This document shows positions 13,413 through 28,559 of a stretch of DNA of 64,000 bases, in pieces (position 1 is the stretch's first letter; each line of letters begins with the position of its first letter). The notes beneath the pieces are model-generated. The model saw nothing but the letters and a program-made list of their open reading frames with translations. It made no database searches and was not told the DNA's origin. The stretch comes from Octopus vulgaris. Lineage: Eukaryota. The stretch lies in NCBI GenBank assembly GCA_951406725.2, contig OX597824.1, forward strand, positions 52,700,001-52,764,000, written 5' to 3'. A program made the position numbers and the translations under genes.

Positions 13413-13467
<55 letters not shown>

Positions 13468-13539
13468 ATGTATATATATATATATTCAAGTATGTATGTA
13501 TAAATATTTTTTCAAGTATATATATATATATATATATAA

Positions 13540-13625
13540 TCAAGATAAGCAGCAAGGATATCCAGAGGTAATGCAGCACGATCGTTTCATGCAACTCCAT
13601 TTCATTGAGCAATACAAACATTTCT
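13540..13625 (-). mobile_element. Short repeat abutting (TA)n, probable Penelope-like 3' terminus
   Basis: Homologous to ~20893-20965 and ~52463-52530 (taag..caaggat.tccag...atgca...ttca.gc..ctcca); minus strand contains gaaacgatcgt. Confidence 0.5.
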
Positions 13626-14699
13626 AGATAGATTCTAGTTTCTATTAGACTTGATAAAATAGTCTATAAATTAAAACTAACCCACCCACCCCACTAGTAA
13701 ATCTGAATAACAAATATAATCAATGATAAGCAGTGTCTTCTTTTTAAAAAATCTCAGTTACAACTGTGATGTTGTTGAAAAAACATGTTCTTTGTCTATC
13801 TACTTATCCTCTTTGTGATTTTGGATAAAAAGAAAACTATACAAAAGAATCCTTCGAATTTAACTAAATTCTATATTTTTATGCAGCTGAAGATCGCTCT
13901 ACATTTTAAATTGATGTAATGTTTGCATATATATATATAAATTGTCCCGGGTGCTTTCCTGAAGACAAATATCGAAATGTTTGGTGTACTGCTCTCATAA
14001 GTGAGAATTCGTTGTGGTAACATGTTCATACCTAACTTTTGACATGCCACATTTTGGGACAAGGAGTAATCAGAGACTAGGATAAGTGCCCAGTTTTGGA
14101 CATACATTTACACACGCACACAATTCACGCGTTTCAACTATGGCTAATAACAATCAATGAGAAATTACTTTCTCCTTCAGAAAAGAAATAGTTTTTCACT
14201 ATGTTCCATTCCGCTCCTATTAGCAAAAGTGTCATCTAGGATTTATACATACTGCCAAAATAAAAAAAAGGCAGGTCGGTACGTCTGAAGAATGAATATT
14301 ACCAAGTGCAACAGTCTACGAAAAACCGACAGTAAAATTCTGACCAATTGCATACCAGAACCATACCATACTACTCGACTGTATACATATATGTGTGTGT
14401 GTGTGTACGTGCTTCTGTGTGTGTGTGTGCTTCTGTGTGTGTGTGTATGTGTGTGCACACACACATACACACCTGTGCGTGCGAGAGAGACAGAGACAGA
14501 GTATTTCCCTTTTCTTTCGATATATCTGACTATTGCTTATAAGGGAAATATTACTTTGCTTCGAAAGAGGTACGAGTTAGCAACAGCAAAATCTATCCCA
14601 AGAAATTTCTTTTAATCTTTGCAATTATGGAAAAGTAGACTTTAAAATTATATTGAAAACTTCTTTCTACTCACTTATGTTTTTAAATTTACTTTTCAG

Positions 14700-16720
14700 A
14701 TAAATAATGTCAGACATCAGGTTCACTTAGCAACTGGATTGGTACGTTGTAATCATTGCCTTAAAAGTGCAGCTTAGGGGTACAGAGATAGCTCGCTTCC
14801 TGAAAGTTTCCTGACCCTTTGTTGCCAAAGGTCGAAAGGAGCTGGAAGCTGCTGACGGGAATATGATATCAGCAGCCAAACACAAAACGCATACACAGGG
14901 TCCTAACACCATTAAAAGATATAACTTTGTACAAAAAGTCCAAGAAATAATAGATAAAAACCCGGCAAGTCAATCAGAGCCATTACAAAAGACTTCAAGG
15001 TTTCAGAATGTACCATCAGAAGAGTTGTACATGAGGACATCCAGTACAAGTCATATGTGATGCGGAGGGGTCAGTTTATACTTGATGTGATAGGAGAGAA
15101 TCGTTCGATACGGGAAAAGTGTTTGCTAAAGATGTTCAAATACTAAGAGGTTGGACTGCTTTGGATTTTCTCCGATGAGAAAGACTTTGATCAGGATAAA
15201 CAGAATGGACGATAGATGGTTGTGCAGAGACCTGAATGAGGTTCCAACAGTCATGCATACTAAATTCCCAGCAACTGTGATAGTTCTTGGAGTCGTCAGC
15301 AATGAGGAAGATGTCAAGCCTCTCACTTTTTTCACAGGGCTTAAGAGTCAATGCTGCTGTCTACGTTGTGGTATTGGAGAAAATTGTGAAGCTCTCGATA
15401 AACAAAGTACGCAACGGAAGACCTAATGTCTTATAAAAAGCTTCTGCATCTTTCCATAAGGATTGAACAACCAAAGCGTGGATGCGTACCAATTTCTATG
15501 ATCATGTTTTCCCAGAGACATGGCCACTTAGCTCACCGAACCTCAATCCACTGGACTATTAATTATGGGGTCTAGGTGAGAGCTAGTTCAACACCCCCAT
15601 AATCTCTGAAGTTCACCATAACCAGTGTTTAATTGTAAATTCTCTTTTCTCCCAACACAGAGAAAGAAAGGGATTTTTCGTTGGTGCCACCGGTATAATT
15701 CAGACACGGGGAAAGACATCTCGGTGTCATCGTCAACTTGAATGTTTCTAATTGTAGCGATAGTAGTAACAGCAGTAAATTCTGATAGCAGCAGTAGCAA
15801 TATCTCATAAAGTGAGATGAAGAACGATCGGTCAAAGAGAGTTCAAATTGTCTGCAATAGTGTTGATGGAATTTGCGAACAGTGACCTTGACTTTGAGAA
15901 AAATCAAGGAGGGGCCGACTATAAACAGTACTTGTGAATAGAGTCATGTACGAGCAGAGCGAAACTATAAATAGTATTTTTTCTTTTCTTTTTTTTTTTT
16001 CTTATTATTCTCCACGTGTTTAATAATGTGATTGCAATAAAAGGTATGTCTGCATATTTCGGGTAGTCAAGAAGAAAATAATGGTTAGCTGGTGTTTACG
16101 TCCATACTTTTAGCGTGCTTTTAATTGTGTTGTTACAATAAAGGCATTTTACATAATCTGATACTCAAGGAAGAGGTGACGGCAAAATGTTCACACAAAA
16201 AATGGAGATATTTATGATTCTAAAATTTTTGTCCCAAACTGTAGGTTTGGAACTCTTTAACTCATTTTGAGGGAAATTCAAATTACTCACAGAAAATATT
16301 AGATCTTCCAGTAATTTCAGTTGTTTATCAGTAGTCCTGCTGGGTTACGGATCCGTGGAACAAGCTGCCAGACGAGATGGTGAAGATGCCGACGACCGCT
16401 TTGTTCAAAGCCTCCCTGGACCTCAAGTGGCCTGAACTCTTTACATGAACACCACCCTGTACTTAACTCCATGTCCCCCTACATGGCCTTGCTATTTGCT
16501 TTTGAGCCAAATTAACTAACTAACTAACTAACTAACAGTGTTGTGTCCAAAACTGATAAGGATCATCTGATTCGAGCATGCCAACACTTTCGACCCTGTA
16601 CTGAAGCAGTAATTGATGGTAATGGTGGAGTCATTGGATAGGTGGGATAAAAGGAATTTCAAGATTATTAGCACCAATTTCTTCTCAAATACAGCTCTTC
16701 TTTGGTAAGCTATGCGTCTT
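14700..16720 (+). pseudogene. Decayed DD37D (maT/Bmmar1-like) Tc1/mariner transposon split by insertions at ~15620-16536
   Basis: FSDEK, VPTVMHTKFPATVIVLGVVS, WPLSSPNLNPLDY, with 37 residues between the mutated second Asp position and the final D. The C-terminus DHLIRACQHFRPCTEAVIDGNGG resumes at ~16560. Confidence 0.85.
16340..16536 (+). mobile_element. CR1/L2-group LINE 3' end with (TAAC)n tail
   Basis: VTDPWNKLPDEMVKMPTTALFKASLD.. matches the WNxLP...FKxxLD ORF2 C-terminus; short UTR, then taactaactaac. Confidence 0.85.
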
Positions 16721-18873
16721 TTTTTCTAAATTCTGAAACTATGGTGCAAGATGCACGCTCATGTTTCCACACATTAGGACTGAATCTGGTACCTCTTATT
16801 TGTGAAGCGAATTTCTTGACCACTCGGCTTAGTTACTCGTGTGTTCATTTCTTCTACACACACACGAGCGCGCGCGCGCACACACACACACACATACACA
16901 AATACGTACAAACATATACACACACAAACACGAACAAACACACACACATACACACACGCGCGTATTAACACACATACATATACAGAATTTGCTGTTTGGC
17001 ACACTAATATAAATATATTAAACTGCCTTTCGTAAATATCACAGCTCATCAACAAAGAGGCTTCATTGCCCTGACCCTTAACGCAAATGAACTGAAATGT
17101 ATTCCGCTGAAGCGTAAATAGTTCATTGCTTGATATCTAAATGCTGTAACCAGTCGCAAGTCCGCATAAAATCTTTACACTAACTTATTTCAATGGTCAC
17201 TCTTATAAGTTCAAATTACATTAAAATCAATGCTGTGATTCACTATGCAAATAGTCTAGATTTCTTTGTGTCATCACTTCTTTACATGGTTCATCTTGTA
17301 CTTTAAAAAAATATTATTTTATCAACTGTTATCAATTAACAGAGGATGCTCAACATTATAATGTAAACTTGGTTTATGAAATATGCCATGGTTTGTCTTT
17401 TGTCTTTCATAAATAATATGTTGTATTAAATATATTAATTAAGCTTAACAGAGCTTTGCCCAAGCCAGCAAAGTTATCTTTTGCTGTCTGCATATGGCAG
17501 TTCTTAGTGAGATTTCAAAAGCAGATTTGCTATCTGTAACTGGTAAAGCGTGACGATGCAAAAGTATGTACCCAGCAGTCTGATGATCTCATTTATAATC
17601 CAACTCGGTGTGTTTTCAAACACAATGTCTATAAGAATTCCTCTTCCGAGACGAGACCGTTAACCGCAGCGAAGGTCTTACCATGTTTCAGGGTACACGA
17701 ACGTGTTAAAAATAATAACAGCTTTATATCTTTTATGATTAAATGGAAGAAACTTTGAAATAGATAGAAATATTTAGCTATGCATTAATAACTTGCCCTC
17801 GAATATCCACTCCGTGTTTCATTTAAATAACCTAATACTTATGACTGTGTAATGTCAGAGAGCGCATTATGTCCGGTTTATTAGTAGAATTCTACTATAT
17901 TTCTTATATATTACATGAATGTGATTTTGCATATTAGAATCAGATGGCTGGTTTTGCATATTTACAGGAACTGCTGAAGCAAGTAACTTGTAACTAGAAA
18001 CCGTCCTCCTTATAGTCACTCAAGTGAAAATTGGAAATACATTAAAGTTTCATACATTAGTGAAGTAAACTAATATATCTTGCCTGACATAACATTGTGA
18101 CAAAGCCTGGATTCGAGCTTTGTTAGTAATCAATATTAGTTGATAGAGATGAAATTACTTCGTTGGTCGGATATTGAACGACCAACTGATGAAGCATAGA
18201 TTTTTACCTTTAGCAATATAGTTCTATGTATCTATTCTCTTTACATTTAATTCTGCATTACTTAAGATGTTCAGTTGAGGTGAAATAGTATAATGGATGA
18301 AGTATTAGAGTATTTGAACAAGGATCATGTGTTCAAATTTTCTGGTGGTGTTTTGAAAATTATCTGGGTAGAAATCTTCATTTTATATTTATCACTTGTT
18401 GGATCCATTTGGTAGTGTCGTGTGGAGTAAACGATACACTATTCGACAGAAGGTTTATCTCTATCCTGAAACTCAGATTAGATTACATTCGATTTATCTT
18501 ACAAGTTGTTCACCCAACTATGAAGAAAATATTTCAGGTCTTCTGACAATGTAACTTAGGACAGATTGATGTATCATCTTTTATCTGTTTAGTGCAAATG
18601 AATTTACCAGATTCTTCTTTTATTTCCATTTTCTGATATAATATGCTATGCTACTTTACAAATGAAAGCGATGCAATTGTCTTCTAAAGATATGCATAAA
18701 GCCAAAATTTCTTTACAGTTTTTATCTGCGTAAATGACCCCAGAAACTGAACCAGAGTTTTAAAATTTTCTTGGCAACAGTTTATAACCCTCACTGCCAC
18801 ATCTATACATGTGTTTACAAGAATCTCTACAGGAAAATATATATACACACACACATACACACACACACACATG

Positions 18874-18937
<64 letters not shown>

Positions 18938-19639
18938 CATGTTGTGAGTGATTATGTGTGTTTGTGTGTGCGTATATGTGTGTGTGTGAGAGAGAGAGAG
19001 AGAAAGAGAGTATGTATAAATAGAAAGATATTTTCTGAATAAACTAGTTAGATGAGTTCGTGTAGCATTTTAAAGAAACCTGTATCAAGAAAAACTCACT
19101 TGGAACAAATTTAAAGTATTGCTCTATAAATAAATATTTAATTACTGCCAAAATATGAGAAAGCTGCCCAGTTTTCATTTTGCTTCAATTTTTTTTCTTC
19201 TTTTTTCTTTCGACAATACAAGTGCTTAATTTGAAACCGACATTCTTTAAGATGAAGCCAAGTGAAAAATGGTGGTGGGTGCGAGAATAGCCACATAAGT
19301 GGTGAAGGGAGAATTAATAAGGATTATTACTAATATATATTTTCAAGAGTTAAAAACATCTCATTTCTACCGCTATCCCTTCCTTGTACGGTACAAATTA
19401 ATAACATTAATAATATAAAAAAAAGACGATAGAGAACAAAACAGACTAGATCAGATATCTAGCTACGTTTAGGGTATGCCCCTTTATTTAAGGTGACACA
19501 AAACCAAAGTTAACAAGATAATAATAGTGTTGGAGAAACTAGGAATGGAGAAGGGTAGGAGAAAGAAACAGAAAGAAAGCTGGTAATGAAACGAAAAAAG
19601 ATCAAAACGAAAAATAGCAAAATCAATGCAGAGAGCGAG

Positions 19640-19670
<31 letters not shown>

Positions 19671-20021
19671 CGAGGGGGAGAACAAGAGAGGACGAGAAAG
19701 TAACGGAACTTGATTAAACATATGATGAATTATATATCTGCAAATTAGAGGCAGACAAAAGATATATATATATATTCGTGAGAGTTAGAGTTTGGGAAGC
19801 CAACCAACTAAGGGATAGTACCTCTTGGCAGAAACGGACGTAAGGAACTGATCATTTAATATTTTACACTTTTATGTATTACTAGTATATATGTGTGTAG
19901 CACATATATATGCATGTGTATGTATTCTTATAATACTCCCTTCTGTTTTGGAATAAATAGACATAATAGAATGTCTACCCGCTGATGTATGTCATTTTTG
20001 TATCCCCTCCATTTTCTTTTT

Positions 20022-20077
<56 letters not shown>

Positions 20078-20083
20078 ATGATG

Positions 20084-20255
20084 GACTCTCCCGTCGAAGA
20101 CGAATTATGAGCATACTCGTGCTTCACAGTAGCTCACTCTCTCCATCAAATTGACGTTGCCTGAAAGGAGCACGGTGTACCACGCGTCAGGTGTCGAAGT
20201 GATCGCAGAGCAACGAGAGATGAAGTGTTATGCTCAAGAACTCAATGTACTACCC
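20084..20255 (-). mobile_element. SINE family C fragment
   Basis: gagcaacgagagatgaagtgttatgctcaagaactcaatg is the reverse complement of the post-head block of 38925-39257; also similar to ~33770-33820. Confidence 0.55.
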
Positions 20256-20854
20256 AGAAAAAGCAATAAAAGAATAAAAGTTCAGCTTATTACGTCACAT
20301 CAGACTTCCGAAATTTCACATGTTAAATGCATTTCCAAGCATGTTCTTGCTCATACTGTGCAACAGGCTATAATGGATGAAATAAGACAAGCTACAATAT
20401 CAAATATTCATCTCCTATAGCTGTTTCAATTATTAGTACATTTTAACAAATATTGATATATAACGCCATAATTATATAATTATAAAATAATAGGACCTAA
20501 GAATCAGATTATCATTTTTTTTAATTTTGTCAAGCAATCGTTGATAATGTTATACCATAAGAAGGACCTGTGTCACGTGTTAGTTCACAGCGTCTATTTT
20601 TCTGGTCTCTGCTACAGAAGAGGTGATAACCACACTGAAATGCATGCATCCAACAGTTTGGTTATGGAGTGCACTGTACTGACTCAGTGTATCTTCACCG
20701 ATTTGCCTAGGGCAAGAAATTGTTTCCGTGACAAAATACAGTGAATAGCTTTCTAACTGGTTCAAATATGCCTCAAGCATATTTGAACAAGTAAAAAGCC
20801 TGTATTTATATATATATATATATATCACTGCTTTGCACTGCCATCCTGTAATTC

Positions 20855-20893
<39 letters not shown>

Positions 20894-21217
20894 CAAAATA
20901 AGTAACAGGATATCAAGTAGTGATGCAGTTCCACCATTTCAAGCGGCTCCACATAACTGAACAATAAGGGGTGACAACGCTAAGCAGTGATGTATAAAAA
21001 TAGCAGAGTGCAATATCAGTTTTAAATATTCGTTTCCTTCAGCTGCTGGTGCTTCAACTTAACTAATTCAACTGAATCTCAATTATACATATATATATAT
21101 ATATATATATATATGAAACACAAGACCTGCTTTAAGCATATATCTATAGGAATAGGAGTATTAGTAAAATTAATAAAAATATGTTTAAAAAGTTATAATA
21201 GAAGTAATAGCAACACC

Positions 21218-21301
<84 letters not shown>

Positions 21302-21331
21302 AAGAAGAAGAAGAAGAAGAAGAAGAAGAAA
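21218..21331. repeat. (AAT)n(AAG)n compound trinucleotide repeat
   Basis: Read directly from the sequence. Confidence 0.97.
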
Positions 21332-22352
21332 AAGGGCACTTGTAAATTTCTGGACAAAAACTTTTATACGCATTTAGCTTACATTCGCACTTGCGCACAC
21401 TGACACGTAGACACGCATACATACAAAGCCTGTGTGTGTTTACACATGAACATACATGTTACCAAACACAATACACACACTCACACGCACATACATGTAT
21501 ACACATGGAAGGGGAGGGAGAGAGAGAGAGAAAGAATATAGATAAATTTGCAATCTTACCAAGTATGGGGATTTCCTTCGTGTGGAACACACACCTAATA
21601 TGCCTGTGATAATGAACTGCAAAAAGAAAACAAAAGACAATATTTAGAAAGCGAAAGTAGCCAACAAGGTAAATGAACATAGCCTGAATATAACAGATTA
21701 TTTTCAGTCTTTTTGGGTCTATTGTGTATTACCTTATTACAAGTTGGCATTGACTAAACTAAAATTAGCTGCAGTTATTACTGCAATGGAGTTTTCTCAA
21801 CAGCTTTTACTCTTTATATTATATATGTCCGCGTGGATTTGTGTGCGAGTGTGTGTGTATAACATACGTATATACAGAAGAACATTTATGCATATACATC
21901 AATATTACATGCTTTTATTCATACACATGTATGTATTCATGTGTGTGTATGTATATATATACATATATATATACACATACACACACACACACATATATTT
22001 ATATGTGTGGCTGTGCGCGTGTGTATCATAATGTGCATCAAAGAGAAAGGAGAGGGAGCAAAAGAAACAGTGAAGTAAAAATATGAAATAAAAACAGCTA
22101 TACATGGCGGAAGTTTCTTACAATGACCTTTACATGTAAGCTGTGGAAGTTGAGATATTTTTATAGTCAGTGGATGGTGTAAGACTACGTCTGTGGTCAT
22201 GCAAAAGTGCACTACATATGTACTACATTTGCAATTTGGCACAGACTAAAATAAGCAATATTCATGCTATTTGCTTTTCATTTTCATTCTTATTCTCTCT
22301 ACCTTTGACTCGATTCTTATTTTCATATATCTCTCTCATATCTCTTCCATCT

Positions 22353-22353
<1 letters not shown>

Positions 22354-22418
<65 letters not shown>
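22354..22418. repeat. (CT)n microsatellite
   Basis: Read directly from the sequence. Confidence 0.97.
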
Positions 22419-22420
<2 letters not shown>

Positions 22421-22924
22421 CTACTTCCCTTTGTCTCTTTCTTTTTGTTTTAGTGTGTGTTCGCTTACAAATGTGTGCATGTGCTTATAAGTATTTTTGC
22501 ATGATTATATAACCCAAAAATATTCTTCGGTTTATTTTTCTCCATATATTTTGATACTTGTATTATTCTTGTTTAATATTTTAGGGGACGGTAATTTTTA
22601 GGAATCAAGATATCAGAAACTGGTATTTTCCATTTATTAACAGAAAATTTTATTTTCTTTGTAATAAAAAAAATATGAATTACATAAAAATATAATTTTT
22701 ACCTCAACCTTGTCGATAATTATGTCTAATAAAGCAGCTTGTAAATATATCCTGAGTCTGTAATATTCTGTGTATTCCTCAACTGTTGTTACCAAGAAAC
22801 ATTTGGAATGTGCTAGTGATTATTCAAAGTAACTTCCTCTCCCAAAGAGACATAGACAGTCAGACTCAGTTATATTTGACTATGCTGATACGTTCATATC
22901 TTGTCACCTGCACGACAGCTATTT

Positions 22925-23128
22925 AGTTTCAACTTTTGGCATAAGATCAGCAATTTGATGGGAGGGTATAAGTCGAGTACGTCATCCTCAGTACTCAACT
23001 GGTATTTATTTTATCGACCCCGAAAGGCAAAGTCGATCCCAACGGTATTTGAAGTCAAAACGTTAAGTTGGAAGAAATGCCACTAAGTATATTGTTCAAC
23101 TCAGTAACGATTCTACCAGCTTGCCGCC
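22925..23128 (-). mobile_element. SINE family A copy
   Basis: tttcaacttttggcataag...ttatcgaccccgaaaggcaaagtcga...ctaccagcttgccgcc is colinear with other A copies. Confidence 0.8.
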
Positions 23129-24049
23129 AACTGCACGATAGATATTTAACTAACTCTAGGTAAATTGTTGTTGTTGTTGTTGTTGCTATTGCTATTGTTT
23201 GGCCCAGTGTCATATATTATTCAGCAAATATATGATCAAAGACGTTCAGGCTGTAGTCAAACCCATCATTTCCTTTAGACATACTGTATGCAGTGTTACT
23301 AAAGTATATGTCAAGATGCCTGTGGTAATTTGTTCCGAATCTCTAGCTCTGAGTTCTTCCAAGGTCGGTGTTGCCTTTCCTCTTTTTGAGATCGATAAAG
23401 TACTGTAGAAGTCCAAACATGTGAAATGATCAATCATAAAAGTGTAGGACAAGATAGCGTTTATTTTGTCTGCTTAATCCATCTCTTGGATTAATACCAC
23501 TACCTGGCTTTTGACTGTATATATTATATATAAAAACATTAAATTAGTTTTAACATACCGTACAGCTTGCAGATATATGTATATGTGAGTGTGTATCGTG
23601 TGCCTATTATACATGAAAACGTAGCAAAGGATAAAGCTATATAGTCGTAAGAAGTGGAGTTACCGAGGTTTCCAACAGAGAGCTTCTTCAGAGTTGTGAT
23701 GGTAGGGGAAAAAATACATATGAGCTTTACATCCTGTATAAGTAATGTATAATTTATATGTGTCTGTGTGCGTGTATGAGTGTGTGTATATGTGTGTGTG
23801 TCTATGTGCGCGCGCGACATATATCTTATGTGTGTGTGTGTGTGTGTGCAAACACACACTATTCTGATCAAAAATTTGAATACGAAGTCGAAATTAGTTT
23901 TTATTCTAAATGTTTTGATATAATGATAAAGTGTAATTATGCATCATCAGATGTTTGGTACAAAGTTAATGACTATTACGTACCGTGATGAAAGATAAAT
24001 GATAAAATATTGTTTCATCGTTCATCCATAAACATTTCCGATGTTGTAT

Positions 24050-24790
24050 CATACATGGAATTCTCAATTGAAACAAAACCTTTCAAATTATTGCATTATG
24101 TGACAAAGGAATCACGTTGAGGAAAATACCAATGTACATTACTGCTGACGCTGTCCTGAAAGCTTTGTCTCGATTTGAGCAGAATTGTGAATACAAGTCT
24201 TTAAGTAGACCTTATTTATTTAAACTGAAAGTAGGATTCAACGTCTTTGTGGGCATCCCTATTTACATCTAGCAGTATCATGCAATCACAAAAGCAGTGC
24301 CTTAGAAGCACTGTTTAGAATGGGAAAATGTAGCACTAAGATATTGAGCAATAATTGTAAAAAGGCTTCCTACTATTATCAAGACTTCCAATAAAATAAT
24401 GAAGGTTCATCTGCAATTTTGTGAGAATCATAAAAGTTGGGAAAGGAGGAGAGACGATAAATCATGTTTAGTGATGAAACATCAATTAAGCAATTTGCAT
24501 CCTACGCTTCTTTCTCTTAACTCCATCAACATCAACGGGTAATTTTATTTCACGCTTGCTGCAGTTAAATAACGCCTAGCCATTTTAATATTGGCGGAGA
24601 GGATTTTTACAACAGGAAGAGCTGTTATTTGGATAATGCCCCATGATAAACCAAGCAACTCTAAAAACCTACCAAGGCACTCGGAAGAAGTTTCCTGCTC
24701 AAATGATCTTCCATAAATGCACATCAAATGATTATTTTTCTAAATAATTACTTATATAGCATCAAAACCAAAGGGGAGCATTAAGAACGG
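24050..24790 (+). pseudogene. Highly decayed Tc1-like transposase remnant
   Basis: FCENHKSW...MFSDET around 24415-24485 and an IKTKGEH-type C-terminus near 24760; many disruptions. Confidence 0.5.
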
Positions 24791-24825
24791 GTCCACTCAT
24801 AATAATAATTACCACCACAACTACA

Positions 24826-24842
24826 TTAGCAGCAGCAGCAGC

Positions 24843-24917
<75 letters not shown>

Positions 24918-24927
24918 GGTGGTGGTG

Positions 24928-24995
<68 letters not shown>

Positions 24996-25025
24996 TGTTG
25001 TTGTTGTTGTTGTTGTCGTCGTTGT
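24826..25025. repeat. Compound trinucleotide repeat (AGC)(AGT)(GGT)(AGT)(TGT)
   Basis: Read directly from the sequence. Confidence 0.97.
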
Positions 25026-25573
25026 TTATAAAAGTAGTTCAATCATTGAAGGCAACCACACATATAATGCAACACAGACGCACAACCCATTCGCTAATAA
25101 TGATGCAAAACAAAGGTAGAAATTATTATGCCTTAACGAATCCGTATTTCATTCATTCTGGAAGTGAATACGTACAAAGTAAGTTTAATAGGTTGATACA
25201 TAATAAATTGAAGGCAGCAAAATATCTTCTTCATAACAAAATAATACAACTGAATTAAAAACTTAATTCCTGACATGAAATTTGTAATTTTACAATGAAG
25301 AAGAAATAATTTAATAATTTACTTTTTATATTTAACAATTATTATTTATAGTTTTAGTCTTGACAGGGACTTCCTATTTTGCCTACTCTGACGACAGGTC
25401 CCTGGTTTTATATATATATATATATATTACTAAGAATGGTATATACACACAGACCCTCACACACAGGCATAGCAATACAAAGAAGCAGTAATCATAAGAT
25501 GAGGGATGGTAGCGGTCTTGCTCATACAAATGAGGATGGCGTCGAGAATGGCAAGAAGGACGATTACAGCAAA

Positions 25574-25636
<63 letters not shown>

Positions 25637-25663
25637 AGTCTCAACGCTTTATACACACACACA

Positions 25664-25695
<32 letters not shown>
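25574..25695. repeat. (GAT)n followed by (CA)n
   Basis: Read directly from the sequence. Confidence 0.95.
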
Positions 25696-25697
<2 letters not shown>

Positions 25698-27143
25698 GAG
25701 CAGAAATAATGTGTGTGTGAGAATATGTATGCATATAATCGTGTGTGTAAAGCTAAGCATCATTATAGTTTTACACAAATGCCTATTAATTTCTTCATTG
25801 AAAACGTATTCACTAATTATGTTGTTCATAATTTACTGCATTACTAAACTGAATAATTTATTCATAATATCTAGATACAATATCAACAATATAGCGGTTT
25901 TACAGATGATTCTGGTTTTATTGTTTCTGCTGCTACTACTACTAAAGGGGTGATGATAGTTTAGATGTTTACCCAATAAAGGTGGATCTGGTTTTATGAA
26001 ATACTCCAAATGCTATCAAAAATGTGGTACGACTCCTGCAAATGATCTTTGTGATATAGTTTCAATTCGCATTTCAATGAAATTTCATTGAACTAGCATA
26101 AATGTTACAATACGTATTTATCTTTCTTTTGAAAAAACTGTGCAACATCAGCGTTACGTGTTCTCAGTGCGTAGATATTGGGCAGGGGCCTCCTTTATAG
26201 TCTCAGGCGGTTCAAAAAATAGTGTTTGAAATCTGGTAAACTGAAACAGTCATAACAATTACTTGGCACGTGAAGCAGTGTTATCATGTTAAGGTTCTCT
26301 GCAGATGGCCAACACTGTGTGTTTATGTATATGAGTGACAGTATAGAAGACAGTCGTTTACCTCTGCCCTGTGTATTTAATTTCTACCAGCAGTTTTGAC
26401 TGAAATGGTACATTTCAGTATATTATAACATAATGCATGGAATATTACAGTATAAGAAAAACCGTTTTCCTTTAATGGCATGTTAATGCGATTTCTTTAT
26501 CCTTATATCTCCCATTCTCCGTCTACGTCTTTGCTCCCCCCCTCTCTCTCTCTCTCTCTCTTTCTCACTCACTCTTCTCACTCCTGTCTCCCTCTCTCGT
26601 TCACTGTGGGTAGCAATAATCGTTGGATGTTTGTTTATCTTCAGTCAAACCAATGATAAATTCAGTTCGCCAAGAATTGATACCAAGCAATATTAAATGT
26701 AACCGCTTCGTTTTTGTTGTCCAAAATCATACTATTAGTAATTCTCCCTAATTTCTTTCAGCTCGTTTTCGCTTCGGTTGCGCAAGCTACTTTTGGAAAA
26801 TCTTCTGTGTCCTCTCCATGATGGCACAGAACGCATAGCATTAGCCGAGGCAAATATGTTCCCACAGCCTTCCACGCAACTGCATCTTATCCTCGACGGG
26901 AAATAAATATTCGTGTGCATGTGTCAATGAGTGTTTATGTATATAAATATGTGTGTGCATACAGAAAGAGAAAAAGAGAGAGCATGATTAAGCGAGTGAA
27001 TAATGCAGATGTAAGATATATGAATAGATATCTCTAGAGAGATATGTGGTTTAAAAAGTTCAGTATTACAATTACAAATACAAACAAAATTGGAAATAAT
27101 AGAAAATATACAAAACAGAAAATATCAAACGGGTGCATGCATC

Positions 27144-27900
<757 letters not shown>

Positions 27901-28559
27901 ATGCAAAACTAATGGCTGTGTGTTATCTTTCGTTTTTACCACATCTTGCAAACCGTTTCATCCTACCTGACTCGCTTTGTGTATTAAACATGTAAATATC
28001 CATGCTCGACATACATAATGTATATGGAAATATTTACATGTAAATGTTTGGAAATCTTAAATTAATATGTATCTTCAATGCATTCATCCAGCTATTTACT
28101 TAGTAACGCAAATACTCGTTTACTTTTCTGAGATTATTTTTCTTGTTTGTCTTTTCCTTTGTTTCATTTCCCTTTTCTTTCTTGATGTTTACTTCTGTTG
28201 TTTTGGTGTATCCGTTATTCATTTATAGTTATTTTTTTTATCTTAAAGTTTATGATTGTTGAGGGAACCGCAGTTACATGAATAAGCTGCAAAATTTTTA
28301 CGTACGGTTTGCAATGTGGGACATGCCCTTCATCAGCAGTCGACCTTAAATTACAACAATTTCGATACATGTTGACAGAACCTCTCGAACTTAGTGGTGC
28401 AGAGTAGCATTGATGATGCTCGAGAATGTTCATGTTCATATGATAAGACCTGCATGTTAGCACATCTTCCTTCTCCTCTTATCCATGCTGCCGCCAAACC
28501 AAGCCAATCCGAATCAAAACAATATTTGAACGATATCAAAAGTGTTTATTCCCTAGCAA

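Noticed and set aside
17400-17708. Possible piggyBac terminus (..acgtgttaa)
   Set aside because: No partner inverted repeat or convincing transposase motif was found.
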